Below the pieces are notes generated by a model that ran no database searches, was not told the DNA's origin, and saw only the letters and a program-made list of their open reading frames with translations. From NCBI GenBank assembly GCA_963668035.1, contig OY764073.1, positions 66,930 through 130,929 of the forward strand: a stretch of 64,000 nt of DNA, read 5' to 3'. The position numbers were made by a program, and so were the translations under genes. Shown here one piece after another: positions 1-10,326 of this stretch. The DNA is from Candidatus Poribacteria bacterium. GTDB lineage: Bacteria > Poribacteria > WGA-4E > WGA-3G. Every line of letters starts with the position of its first letter. Within the stretch, counting starts at the first letter, position 1.

Positions 1-1653
1 ACCTGCGACCAAAGGTTGGAAATCGATCAAGGTCAGGCGTAACCGTTGCGATGCGTTGGATTTGCAGCCATTGTGAACCGAAGTCGCGCGCGAATTCTAC
101 TGCTTTCGGGTCCGCTAACATCCGTTGAGTTTGTGCGTCAAGATTGTCAGTCAGCTGATTTTTCGCCGCGAGTTCAAAAAGTTCATCATCTGGCATACTA
201 CGCCATAGGAAATAGGAGAGCCGCGATGCAAGTTGGAACTCATCAATCGGGTGGGGATCGGGATTTTGTGGACGATCATCTAATTCCAATCGGAATAGGA
301 ACTTAGGCGAACAGAGAATAACTTTAATCGCCTGTTGAATGCCTGCTTCCCACTTCGCGCCATCGGCTTGAATGGATTGGACGAACTGTGTGAGTTGTTC
401 TATTTCGGTTTCGGTCGGCGGACGGCGATACCCTCGATGGAGCAAACGGGTCAACACTTCCCGCGTCTGTTCTATTTGCGGGAGGTCCGGTGTACATGCC
501 AAAATTTCGAGTTGGGTATCCGGACGGGTATCTAACGGACCTTCTGCCCAAAGCGTCCGAATCTGGAGTTTAGCGGACACCTCACCCTCTATAGGCTTAA
601 CCATCGCGATCCCGACTCTGTCGATGTTCGGGATCCCGGTAACAAGCACTTTGACAGTCTGTGTTTTTTTCGGGTCGCGGGCGGTAATCTCAAAAGTCTT
701 TAGGATCTTGATAGAGTTGTTCGATGCCGTGTCCACACCGATTAACCGCCCAAGTTCGGTTGGCGTGGAGACCTCCGCGAGTGATTCGCCTTGAATAAAG
801 AGGGCGATTTCAACAGGCACTTCACTATCAGTTTCAGCATAGAGTGTTGCCTTGTAAAGGATTTCTTCTTCGGGGAACATCCTGAAGAATGGCGCACCTG
901 TCGTAAAGGGGCCGGATTTCCACGTCTCTGTGGCGGTTGGATCGAGGAGTCGGAAGCGTTGATCGGGGACATCGTCGTGGCGTGGATCGAGGCGCGATCC
1001 TCTTTGGTAGCGTTTTGATGGCGGCGGTGGTTCTACTAAAATAACACGCGTCGCAATCGCTTCTGCTGCTTCAAGGTAGCGTTCCATCAGGAGCGGCGAC
1101 ATCGTTAGCACATCACCGATATTATCAAAGCCGTGTCCTACGTCGTCCGCTGGGAAATTTTCGGTCGGATCGAAATCAACACCGAGCAGGTCTCGTACGG
1201 TATTTTTGTATTCAACTTTATTCAGTCTGCGTATCGTGATGCGTCCTGGATCGGGTTTTGCTGTGCGATCTGCTTGTTCAAAGATTGATTCGATATGCGC
1301 AACGAACGCCTCTGATTCTGCTAAGGGGGGTTGAAGGTCACTCTCGGCGGGCGGCATGTAACCTGTCGCTACCATGTCTAAGACGCGGTCCCATACGTCG
1401 CGGTTCTCAATCAGGGAGCGTCCATCTGAAAATATATCAAGAGAGACTTCGGCAGCGGGTTGATCGCCGGTGTGGCAGCTGAAGCAGTATTTTTTCATGA
1501 AGGGGATGCCTTCTTTTGAGAAGCCTGAAGTGGCCTCTTCCCGCGGGGTCGCCGTAAAAACTACGAGGACTAATACCAGCATTAGACCGAGGCATTGTGG
1601 GATATATTTAGGAATGGTTATCTGTCCATGTTCGCGGATCTTAGTAAATGCCA
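1..1653 (-). CDS. PSCyt/DUF1587-DUF1592-family protein with N-terminal cytochrome-c CxxCH motif. Partial: 3' end runs off the window.
   Basis: Hand translation of the minus strand from the ATG at 1653 is open to position 1, so it is absent from the ORF track (no stop inside the window). Contains KKYCFSCH (heme-binding CxxCH) and a signal/TM segment. Overall resemblance to Planctomycete PSD/DUF1592-family proteins. Confidence 0.6.
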
Positions 1654-1887
1654 TATTTCTGCCCTTTTTCTGCGGTTATGCTAAGAGTTTGTATCATTAA
1701 GTATAAAACATTTTTGGCAAATAATCAACCTTTTCGAGCCTGAAAAGGTTACTTTTTACGCTAATCAGACGCAATTTGCTTTTTTAAGATGGTTTTGGTA
1801 AAATGGTGGCAATAGAGTCCCACAACCTACACTTATCTTCGGAATTCATACGCGTTGAAAACGCACGCGATAGGAGAATCTATATCC

Positions 1888-2958
1888 ATGAATCAACACG
1901 AACAAGAGGTAATTGTGAATGCAACGGCGTTGCAAAATGTCTGTAGCCGCCTCTATCAAGCAGTCGGTGTTACCCAATCGGATGCAGATACCGTCGCGGA
2001 AATGCAGGTCTTGATGGACTTGCGCGGCGTTCATTCACACGCGACACGCGGCGTACCGGGGTATGTCCGCGGCATCATCAGCGGGAGTATTAATCCCAAT
2101 CCACAACTTCGAACACTTGAGGATAACCCTGCCTCTGTTCTGTTAGATGGCGACCGCGGGTTGGGGCATCTCGTCGCGGTTCGTGCGATGAACATCGCTA
2201 TAGAAAAGGCGAAATCTGCTTCTATCGGTGTGGCTAGTGTTCGGAACAGCAATCACTTCGGGGCTGCCTCAAGTCATGCAATGCGCGCCTTGCCACACGA
2301 TATGATCGGTTTCGCAACAACTAACGGGCTCGGTGTGAATGTGGCTGTCTTCGGTGCCAGGAGCGTCTCTATCGGAAATAATGCGTTTTCCTATGCGATC
2401 CCTGCGGGTGAGGAACCGCCGATTGTGTTGGATATGGCCTGCGGTGCCGCTGCGGCTGGTCGGATCGGAACTGCAAGGTTATACGGAGAGAAAATTCCGA
2501 TGGGATGGGCACTTGACGCAGATGGCAACGAAACCGATGATCCAACGAAGGTAGCCGCTATCCTACCCGCTGCGGGTCCGAAAGGTTCTGCGCTTTCGAT
2601 AGTGATGGATGTTTTATGCGGACCGCTGAGTGGGGGGTTAATGGGTATCAATAAACAGTATCAGCCCGGGGACGCGCCCCCAGGGAAACGCGTATCGGCA
2701 CACTTTTTCTATGCTATTAATATCGCCAGTTTCACCGCTGTTTCAGAGTTCAAGGCAGAAATTGACCGTCAGATTCGGATGACCCGCCAAGCTACGCCAC
2801 GAGCCGGTTTTACGCGCGTTACCTTACCCGGCGAGATTGAGTCGGAATTGACGCAAGAACGCCTTGAAAACGGGATTCCGCTACACAAGGAACCCTTGCA
2901 ATCACTTGAGCAACTCGCCGATGAGTTAGGTGTCGAAATCCCGTGGAACAAGCAGTGA
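1888..2958 (+). CDS. Ldh_2 family (malate / L-lactate / sulfolactate type-2) dehydrogenase, paralogue 1
   Basis: 367-aa ORF whose first codon (1855) is TTG. An ATG at 1888 is preceded by AGGAG. Motifs SNHFGAA and the DMACGAAAAGRI region are typical of Ldh_2 (PF02615). Confidence 0.8.
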   Translation: MNQHEQEVIVNATALQNVCSRLYQAVGVTQSDADTVAEMQVLMDLRGVHSHATRGVPGYVRGIISGSINPNPQLRTLEDNPASVLLDGDRGLGHLVAVRAMNIAIEKAKSASIGVASVRNSNHFGAASSHAMRALPHDMIGFATTNGLGVNVAVFGARSVSIGNNAFSYAIPAGEEPPIVLDMACGAAAAGRIGTARLYGEKIPMGWALDADGNETDDPTKVAAILPAAGPKGSALSIVMDVLCGPLSGGLMGINKQYQPGDAPPGKRVSAHFFYAINIASFTAVSEFKAEIDRQIRMTRQATPRAGFTRVTLPGEIESELTQERLENGIPLHKEPLQSLEQLADELGVEIPWNKQ

Positions 2959-3043
2959 ATTTTTCCTTTTATCCTGCTAATCCCTAAATCAGAAAAATCA
3001 CAGTTCTAACAGTTTCAACAATTGAATACCTCTCGGATTAAAA

Positions 3044-3210
3044 CCAGGGTCATTCAATTGTACGATTTGGATCTTGGTTTTGCTTTACATAAGTGAACGT
3101 TCTTGGGAAAAGATCGCGAGCGACAAGAAACACCCTATCAAAAACACTCGCTCCTACAGGCGAAAAAATTCATATATGTAAAGTGAATAGGTACAATTGA
3201 ATAGCCCTGG
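3044..3210. repeat. Dispersed ~160-bp intergenic repeat, copy A (inverted relative to copy B at 44709-44859)
   Basis: The reverse complement of 3044-3210 aligns with 44709-44859. The ~45-bp flanks are near-identical (CAGGGCTATTCAATTGTACCTATTCACTT... and ...GTAAAGCAAAACCAAGATCCAAATCGTACAATTGAATG). It contains three CAATTG boxes and a central hairpin + T-tract (3107-3160). Confidence 0.8.
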
Positions 3211-3227
3211 ATTAAAACAAAAAATAT

Positions 3228-3256
3228 TTGACATTCCTTTAAAAGTTAGGTATAAT
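3228..3256 (+). promoter_or_regulatory. Consensus sigma70-type promoter, TTGACA-N17-TATAAT, upstream of the OTCase-like gene
   Basis: TTGACA at 3228-3233 and TATAAT at 3251-3256, with a 17-bp spacer, about 40 bp upstream of the ATG at 3298. Confidence 0.6.
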
Positions 3257-3297
3257 TATGGTTTCTTATTGAAACAATACATGTTGTGGAGGTAATT

Positions 3298-4236
3298 ATG
3301 CACCTAATTACATTGAACCCTTGGTCAGAAACAGATATTCTTGAGACAGTCGAAGCCAGCCTGAATATAAAAAAATATCCCGAAAAGTATAGGCACGCTG
3401 TGGGTGGAAAGAGTCTCTGCCTACTCTTCCAAAAAACCTCCACGCGCACCCGCTGTGCAGGCGAGATCGGTATGACACAGCTCGGTGGACACGCGCATTA
3501 CCTCGACTGGCGCACGACGAACTTCGCATTAGCCGACCTCGGCGATGAAATGCGTGTCCTCTCGGCGTACGTTGATATTATCTTAGCTCGCTTCTTAAAA
3601 CACGCTGAACTCGTTACGGCCGCGACTGCCGCAACGGTACCGGTCATTAACGGGTGTTGCGATAAGTATCATCCGACGCAAGCATTAGGCGATCTCATGA
3701 CGATACAGGAACACCTCGGTAGACTGGAAGGGGTCAAGTTGTGCTTTGTCGGGGTGCATAACAACGTCTGTAATTCGCTGATTGCTGCTGGCATGAAGGT
3801 CGGTATTGAAGTTACCGTCGTCGCACCGGAGGTGAACCCCGCTGCTGTGGATCGCGAATTATGGGATACTGCTGCGCGGAAAGGACTCTATAAAGTGCTG
3901 GATACGGAGAGTATCAACGTCGGTAGTGCGCTGGAAAATGTCATCGCCGAAAGTGATATTGTCTATACGGATACGTGGGTGGACATGGAATTTTTCACGG
4001 ATCCGGCTTTTGCGGAAGAACGGGAGCGTCGGTTAAAAAAGATGATGCCGTATCAATTGAATGCCGAGTTACTAAAAGGATACGCGGGTAAGATTATGCA
4101 CTGCCTCCCCGCACATCACGGATATGAAATCGCAGGTGAAATTGTCAACGATGAACGCGCAATTATCTTTGATCAGTCCGAAAATCGGCTGCATAGCATG
4201 AAAGCGATCCTTTTGAGATTGCTTGCGCACGCCTAA
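3298..4236 (+). CDS. argF: Ornithine carbamoyltransferase-family transcarbamylase
   Basis: STRTR carbamoyl-phosphate-binding motif and HCLP motif. The track start at 3286 is GTG. The ATG at 3298 follows GGAGG. Confidence 0.8.
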   Translation: MHLITLNPWSETDILETVEASLNIKKYPEKYRHAVGGKSLCLLFQKTSTRTRCAGEIGMTQLGGHAHYLDWRTTNFALADLGDEMRVLSAYVDIILARFLKHAELVTAATAATVPVINGCCDKYHPTQALGDLMTIQEHLGRLEGVKLCFVGVHNNVCNSLIAAGMKVGIEVTVVAPEVNPAAVDRELWDTAARKGLYKVLDTESINVGSALENVIAESDIVYTDTWVDMEFFTDPAFAEERERRLKKMMPYQLNAELLKGYAGKIMHCLPAHHGYEIAGEIVNDERAIIFDQSENRLHSMKAILLRLLAHA

Positions 4237-4246
4237 TTCACCTTCT

Positions 4247-5443
4247 ATGCTAACAAGGAAAAAGTTTTTGAACCGACATCCCTCTTTTTCACATAGCGAA
4301 ACATTAGAAGACCTTGTCTGCAGCAAGTGTGGTGAAATCTATCCGCATACGGTGCCGCAGAACGTCTGTACCGCTTGCGGGAAACCGCTGCTCGCGCGCT
4401 ACGCCCTTGAACAACTGGCAGGTACCTGGACGCGCGACACACTGCTATCACGACCCGCATCACTCTGGCGATATTCGGAACTCCTGCCTATATCCGATCC
4501 ATCGGACATCGTAACGCTTGGGGAAACAATGACACCGCTCCTCCACGCGAAAACATTGGGGGCGCGGTTCGGTCTCACGGAGGTGTGGGTGAAAGATGAA
4601 TCACGGTTGCCTACGGGTAGTTTCAAGGCACGCGGTTTAGCGATGGCAGTCTCTAAGGCAAAATCCCTCGGCGTGACGCAACTGGCGATCCCGTCCGCTG
4701 GTAACGCTGCGACCGCCCTCGCGCTTTATGCTGCCGCCGCAGGAATGACCGCCCACATCTTTATGCCACAGGATACACCCGCCTTCAATAAGGAGACGTG
4801 TCAACTCTCAGGAGCAAACGTTACCCTAATTGACGGTTTAATCACAGACGCTGGCAGAATCGTTGCGGAACGGAAAACGGGCGGAGGCTGGTTTGATGTG
4901 TCAACGCTCAAGGAACCGTACCGCGTGGAAGGCAAAAAGACGATGGGTTTTGAACTTGCAGAGCAATTTAAGTGGGAGCTACCGGACGTTATCATCTATC
5001 CTACGGGCGGTGGCACGGGTATCGTCGGGATGTGGAAAGGTTTCGCGGAGTTAGAGACGATCGGGTGGATCGGTAAGAAGAGACCGCGTTTTATATCGGT
5101 GCAATCTGCCGGCTGCGCGCCGATTGTTAAGGCGTGGGAAGAAGGTGCGACGGAGGCAATGCCGTGGCAGGGCGCTCACACGATAGCAAGCGGCTTGCGT
5201 GTGCCACAAGCGATCGGGGATTTTCTTATTTTAGAGGCGATTCGTAAGAGTAAGGGTGCCGCAATTGCCGTCACGGACGATGCCATCCGCGAGGCAATGC
5301 GACTGCTTCCTACAACTGAAGGGCTCTTAGCGGGTCCGGAAGGTGCCGCGACTGTCGCTGCACTTGCGCAACTCGTCGCGAACAAAATGATCGATCCTTC
5401 CGAACGCGTTGTCTTATTCAATACCGGTGGCTATCAGGCATGA
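4247..5443 (+). CDS. thrC: Threonine synthase with N-terminal Cys4 zinc ribbon
   Basis: SFKARG PLP-lysine motif. N-terminal CSKCG...CTACG. The track start at 4223 is TTG and overlaps the upstream gene. The first in-frame ATG is at 4247. Confidence 0.8.
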   Translation: MLTRKKFLNRHPSFSHSETLEDLVCSKCGEIYPHTVPQNVCTACGKPLLARYALEQLAGTWTRDTLLSRPASLWRYSELLPISDPSDIVTLGETMTPLLHAKTLGARFGLTEVWVKDESRLPTGSFKARGLAMAVSKAKSLGVTQLAIPSAGNAATALALYAAAAGMTAHIFMPQDTPAFNKETCQLSGANVTLIDGLITDAGRIVAERKTGGGWFDVSTLKEPYRVEGKKTMGFELAEQFKWELPDVIIYPTGGGTGIVGMWKGFAELETIGWIGKKRPRFISVQSAGCAPIVKAWEEGATEAMPWQGAHTIASGLRVPQAIGDFLILEAIRKSKGAAIAVTDDAIREAMRLLPTTEGLLAGPEGAATVAALAQLVANKMIDPSERVVLFNTGGYQA

Positions 5444-5453
5444 ACGGAGATCG

Positions 5454-6200
5454 CTATCGGTTTTCAAGATAGTCGTAAGTTGGGGCTTCCTTAGTTTCCT
5501 CGGTTTCCTCTCCTGTTTCAGATGCCTTTTTCTTCAGATGATAGCCGACCTCATGCTGTTCCACCGCTATAATTGGATAGGGACCGTCAAATCCGACGAC
5601 GATGCCTTGTACTTCAACGGGTTTACCAGTATTGCCTACATCTGTCCGGAGTTGATCGAACTCAGGATTGGCGTCAAAAACGAAGTTCTGTCCCTGATTC
5701 CTTGTGGTCATCGCATGCTGGATATTGGAGGTCTCTGGCCGCCAGCGTCGCCATGATGGAACGTTTCGGATATAGCTCCGGGCGAAGCCGGGGTGTGCGA
5801 ACATGTTGCCGCGGATAGTCGCATGCGTTTTAAGTACACGGGCACCACCGAGTCCATGTCGGCCCCGGAAACGTGAATCGTTCAGCTGCCGCATGATATT
5901 ATAAACGTCAAACGTGTGGGTCTCGCTATATTTGGAAACGCCCTGTCTCGGTTTGATTTCTACTACAGTCGTGAAGGGCCGTTTTCTGCCGTGCTTATCA
6001 ACGGCGGGACTAAAGGTAACATCCTTTGGGTCCGCCCACGGTTTTAACAGCCGCCGAATCTGCCATGCATCGGCATTGCTGACAACATCGGAAATCTCTA
6101 TTTTCAGGACAACCGCATCTTCAGCCATGCTGACCATGCTGATCCCTACAAATAGGATGACCACCAGAAAAGTGAGTAAATAGAAGTGTGTGCGTTTCAT
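5454..6200 (-). CDS. Secreted or membrane-anchored hypothetical protein
   Basis: N-terminal hydrophobic signal/TM segment (FYLLTFLVVILFVGISMVSMA). No recognisable catalytic motif. The ATG at 6200 has GAGGAG 8 nt upstream. Confidence 0.5.
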   Translation of the reverse strand: MKRTHFYLLTFLVVILFVGISMVSMAEDAVVLKIEISDVVSNADAWQIRRLLKPWADPKDVTFSPAVDKHGRKRPFTTVVEIKPRQGVSKYSETHTFDVYNIMRQLNDSRFRGRHGLGGARVLKTHATIRGNMFAHPGFARSYIRNVPSWRRWRPETSNIQHAMTTRNQGQNFVFDANPEFDQLRTDVGNTGKPVEVQGIVVGFDGPYPIIAVEQHEVGYHLKKKASETGEETEETKEAPTYDYLENR

Positions 6201-6865
6201 TCTCATCTCCTCGCTTAATTTTGTAAGTTTCTCTTTCCTAACCTATTAGACACCATTCAAAGTAAAAAGTTTCAAAAAAAATTACAGAACCTCAATCCGA
6301 TAGTTTCTATGACGTAAAATGCAACTTGATTCCAGTGCGGTCTAATTATTAGTGACGCGTTCTTTCGGTGAAAAGGGTGCATAATTTTTGATTCTCTGAA
6401 ACGTTAAACTGCCAAACGGAGAAAAAAGTTTACAGAGGTATCGGATAATTTACGAATTTTCGCTTCTGCGTCCAAAAGCAGTTTAGGTTATTAAGCGCGC
6501 CCTATTTCGTGCAATTAAATGTAAAGAATGCCCCATTTTGTGCAACGGTTCTCTGCGTTTTTGAGGGGAACAACGTAGGTGTCGTATTATTCAGATTGGC
6601 ACAGAATTTGCTACAATCTAAGCAACAGACTCGGTATTAGATAGATTTCGTAGGGGCGAGGGCCCCTCGTCTCCTGACAGCGAAATTGACACAAGTTCAA
6701 CTGGTTTTTACTAAAGTATATAGGATTTCCCGAAAAAAGTCAAAAAAACGGTTGTACAAATTCTTTGAAAATTACAAGGAAATATGCTAACATTTAAGAA
6801 ATGGACTCTATGCCATAAGCTTTGAGTCAAAGATAATATATAGGACAAAATAGGAGAAACACGTT

Positions 6866-7849
6866 ATGAAAAAGATGTTGTGGGTGGCGATGCTGTTTGT
6901 GATGTGTGTTGCTACCAGTTATGGACAATATAATGGTGAGTGTTGGGTTGTCAGTGGCGGAGATACAGTTTACAAATTGCATGCGAATGGCAACGCCGAT
7001 CCGACGGTCATTCCGAATCTGACGCAAGCGAGTGCTGCGGAGGTGAACCCGACCAACGGTGTCGCTTGGATCGCTATTTCTGCCTCGAATGCTGTCTTTA
7101 GATTTGATCCGACCCAGTCGCCAGAGGAACAATTCATACAATCACCAGAAATTAAGCGTCCCAGCATGATCGCTGTGAATCCGGCAGACGGTACCGTCTG
7201 GGTGGCGGGCCTCAGTGGGGTGTGGAAGTTGTCAAGCGATGGCAAACAAATTCTCGCGCAGGTCCTTCCAGAGGATAGCAATCCGTCCGCGGGCGCAGAA
7301 GGGTTCACGGAGACCGGTAGATTCAATGTGGCTGTGAACCCGAAGGATGGGAGTTGCTGGATAACGGATGCCCGAGGCCCTATTGGTCGTTACGATGCAA
7401 ACGGAAATCGGCTTGCCGCCGCGCCAGCGATGAAAGAACCTAAGGGCGGTGTAACAGTTGACTACGAAGGCAATGCATGGGTCGCTGACAGTCAATTTAA
7501 TACGCTCGTTCGGCTTTCGCCAACGGGTCAGGAGTTAGCGAAGCTGACGATAACAAATCCGGTTTCTCCGCGCGTCAATCCTAAGAATGGTAGCGTTTGG
7601 GTGGTTGCAGAACAATCGATGTTAGTCAATTTATCGGCAGATGGGACGAAAATAGGTGAATTTCCTGCCGGCATGGCAGTTGTCGGCATAAGTCTCTCAC
7701 CTGCCGATGACGGTATTTGGGTCGCAGATATACTCGGTGCTACATTCACAGGCGAAGTCAGTAAGTTCTCTACGAATGGAACGAAGCTATTCGGGAACCC
7801 TATTCCGCAGCCGTCCTCTGTTTCGGTCGGTTTTTGGGAAGGCAACTAA
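6866..7849 (+). CDS. Secreted beta-propeller repeat protein (Vgb-lyase/NHL-like repeats)
   Basis: Signal peptide. At least six degenerate repeats of the form VNPxDGxxWVA. Confidence 0.6.
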   Translation: MKKMLWVAMLFVMCVATSYGQYNGECWVVSGGDTVYKLHANGNADPTVIPNLTQASAAEVNPTNGVAWIAISASNAVFRFDPTQSPEEQFIQSPEIKRPSMIAVNPADGTVWVAGLSGVWKLSSDGKQILAQVLPEDSNPSAGAEGFTETGRFNVAVNPKDGSCWITDARGPIGRYDANGNRLAAAPAMKEPKGGVTVDYEGNAWVADSQFNTLVRLSPTGQELAKLTITNPVSPRVNPKNGSVWVVAEQSMLVNLSADGTKIGEFPAGMAVVGISLSPADDGIWVADILGATFTGEVSKFSTNGTKLFGNPIPQPSSVSVGFWEGN

Positions 7850-7884
7850 TCCTGAACCATCATAGATAAATATTGAGGTATCCT

Positions 7885-10320
7885 ATGGTTAAGTATCCCC
7901 TTTTGAAACAGGTTATAGGTTGCCAGTCCCTCCTGTTAAAGTTTGCAATAGGAATTTTTGTTGTTGGATTGTGCGCTACGAGTGGCTTTGCACAACTACC
8001 CGATTTTCGCGTTGATACGAACAGTATCACCTTTTCTAACCCGACACCCGTCGAAGGTGAAGAAATTACTGTTTGGGTTGACGTGAAGAACATTGGCGAG
8101 GGTACCCCAACGATGAACGAGGATCTCGTTGTTGAACTTTACGAGGGGGATCCAGCGACACAGCCGCTCCAAATCGTCTGTAAGGATGTGATCTTGGAAC
8201 TAAAGCCCGGAAAAACTGATCGGGTGCAAGCACAGTGGCAGCCGCCCCCGGGTCAGGCAGAAATTTATGCTGTCGTTAACCCTTCAGGCACTAAATATAT
8301 TGACGAAGCGGATGCAGGAAATAACGTTGCATATGCGACGCTTGTTGTGCAAACGCGGACGTTCCCTTCTGTCACGTCCGAGCAGATCCAGAACGCCATA
8401 AAAAAAGGCGTTGAGTGGATACAGGCGCAGCAGGGGAAGCATAGCCGTACCTGTTTGCAATGTGGTACTGAAAACCAGCTCATCTTAATTTGCATTACTT
8501 GCCAAGCGAGTCTGAAAGGGTTGGCTGAGAACTTCGTTCCGGATGCTGTATGGAATTTCGGTGAAGATCAGACACAGGAGACGGCACTGGCATTGCAAAC
8601 CTTGTTCGCAACAGGGCACACGCCTTCGCATCCATCCGTTAAAAACGGCTTAGAATTTCTATTGGCACAAAATTGGAACGAATTCGCAGTTTACCAACAT
8701 GCAGTGATTATTCCAGTGCTGGTAGCGACGCAGGATGAAAGCTACAGGGAACGGGCGCAATTTGCTGTGAATCAGCTGGTCAAAAAACAGCTGCCTATCG
8801 CCGATAGTGAGTTCGCTGACGAGCGCGACGATGGCGGCTGGGGTTACGGCTTTAGTGCTGATGGGGCGCACATGAACATGGTGATCTACGCCCTCTATGC
8901 TGCGAAGCAGTGGGGATTGGATATTCCACAGGATACCTGGACACGCGCCGAGCAGTGGATTCGCCGAAACCAAACCGAGACAGGCGGATGGCTCTATAAT
9001 TTAGTGGACGACGGTTCGCCTTGGGCGATCGGTGTCTACGGGAGTATGACCGCAACCGGATTGTGGGCACTTCGCGCCTGTGGTGTCCCTATTGAAGACC
9101 TACAGATCCAGAAAGGCATGGCGTGGGTGAAAAAGCACTGGACTTTAACGCGGAACCCCGGGTCTAACTCATGGCTCTACTACTATCTACTCTCGTTGCA
9201 ACGCTTCTGTGACATCCCCCCGACTTTGAACGCGTTTGCTGGCTACGATTGGTATAAGGAGATTTCACAGATGATGGTCGCTGAGCAAGAAGCGGATGGG
9301 AGATGGCGTGGATCGGAGAGCGATTTTTTAGCGACCTGTTTTGCGGTGATGTCTTTGAGTCATGCACTCGCCGGGCCAACGGAACCGAATATCGGTATCG
9401 TTCCACGAAGCCTCCGATTTTCGCCGCCTTCTCCGCGCGTCGGCGAAGCCGTCCGACTCAGCGCAACCCTCCGTAATACAGGCACGCCTTTTGATGGGAT
9501 TCTCAACGTCGATTTTTACGTAGATGACAAAAAAGTTACCACAACTGAGGTGCTTTGGACACCAAAGCTTGGTGAGACCGTTGTTTCGGCGGATTGGGCA
9601 CCTGAAACGGAAGGTGAAATAGAGCTTGTCGCGCGCGTGGCGATCGCAGATACAGATGAAAGCGACAATACTGCTTCCGAAAAACTCACGGTCTATCCAC
9701 AATCTACGGCGGCGACGGATGCGCTGTTGATGAAGCCCAAGAAAATTAGCGAAAACGTTCACCAACTCGGCAATGTCGTTTTGGATATCGGCAAACGTGA
9801 GGTATCCGTGCCGGCTGAAATTAACATTGTCGGTGGAGATGCGAATATCGAATTTTTTGCCTGCGGCAAGCTCGGCAAAACACATGAGAGTATTTTGATT
9901 ATTGATGCAGAACCTGTCCATATCCTTACAGCACTTGCCGCTTTGGAGTTGGAACCCGGCAGAAATCTCACTGTTGAAGGGGATCCACGCGTGCCAACAG
10001 GGGCACCCGTTGAAATCTGGGTGCAATGGAACCGAGGGGATACGGTGATTGAACGCCGCGCCCGCGAGTTGGTGTGGAACGCTTTCACGGAGCAACCGAT
10101 GCAAGAAACCCCATGGATCTTCACAGGTGGGCAGCTGAAAGGTAATCAACTGACCGCCCAGCTCTTTCATAATATTATTGCTGTCTATCGCGATCCGGAC
10201 TCTCTCTTTAATCATCCTTTGCCTACCGGCACCGATGACCGGACGTATCGCGTCAATACCGATGTAATTCCGCCTAAAGGCACAAAGGTGAAGGTAATTA
10301 TTAAGCCTCTCGCAGTTTAG
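7885..10320 (+). CDS. Multidomain secreted protein: CARDB, then a prenyltransferase/squalene-cyclase-like alpha/alpha-toroid, then CARDB, then an unknown C-terminal domain
   Basis: CARDB-like segments EGEEITVWVDVKNIGEG and RVGEAVRLSATLRNTG. Toroid repeats DDGGWGYGF, ETGGWLYN and EADGRWRGSE. The track start is TTG. The ATG at 7885 follows GAGGT. Confidence 0.7.
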   Translation: MVKYPLLKQVIGCQSLLLKFAIGIFVVGLCATSGFAQLPDFRVDTNSITFSNPTPVEGEEITVWVDVKNIGEGTPTMNEDLVVELYEGDPATQPLQIVCKDVILELKPGKTDRVQAQWQPPPGQAEIYAVVNPSGTKYIDEADAGNNVAYATLVVQTRTFPSVTSEQIQNAIKKGVEWIQAQQGKHSRTCLQCGTENQLILICITCQASLKGLAENFVPDAVWNFGEDQTQETALALQTLFATGHTPSHPSVKNGLEFLLAQNWNEFAVYQHAVIIPVLVATQDESYRERAQFAVNQLVKKQLPIADSEFADERDDGGWGYGFSADGAHMNMVIYALYAAKQWGLDIPQDTWTRAEQWIRRNQTETGGWLYNLVDDGSPWAIGVYGSMTATGLWALRACGVPIEDLQIQKGMAWVKKHWTLTRNPGSNSWLYYYLLSLQRFCDIPPTLNAFAGYDWYKEISQMMVAEQEADGRWRGSESDFLATCFAVMSLSHALAGPTEPNIGIVPRSLRFSPPSPRVGEAVRLSATLRNTGTPFDGILNVDFYVDDKKVTTTEVLWTPKLGETVVSADWAPETEGEIELVARVAIADTDESDNTASEKLTVYPQSTAATDALLMKPKKISENVHQLGNVVLDIGKREVSVPAEINIVGGDANIEFFACGKLGKTHESILIIDAEPVHILTALAALELEPGRNLTVEGDPRVPTGAPVEIWVQWNRGDTVIERRARELVWNAFTEQPMQETPWIFTGGQLKGNQLTAQLFHNIIAVYRDPDSLFNHPLPTGTDDRTYRVNTDVIPPKGTKVKVIIKPLAV

Positions 10321-10326
10321 AAAAAA

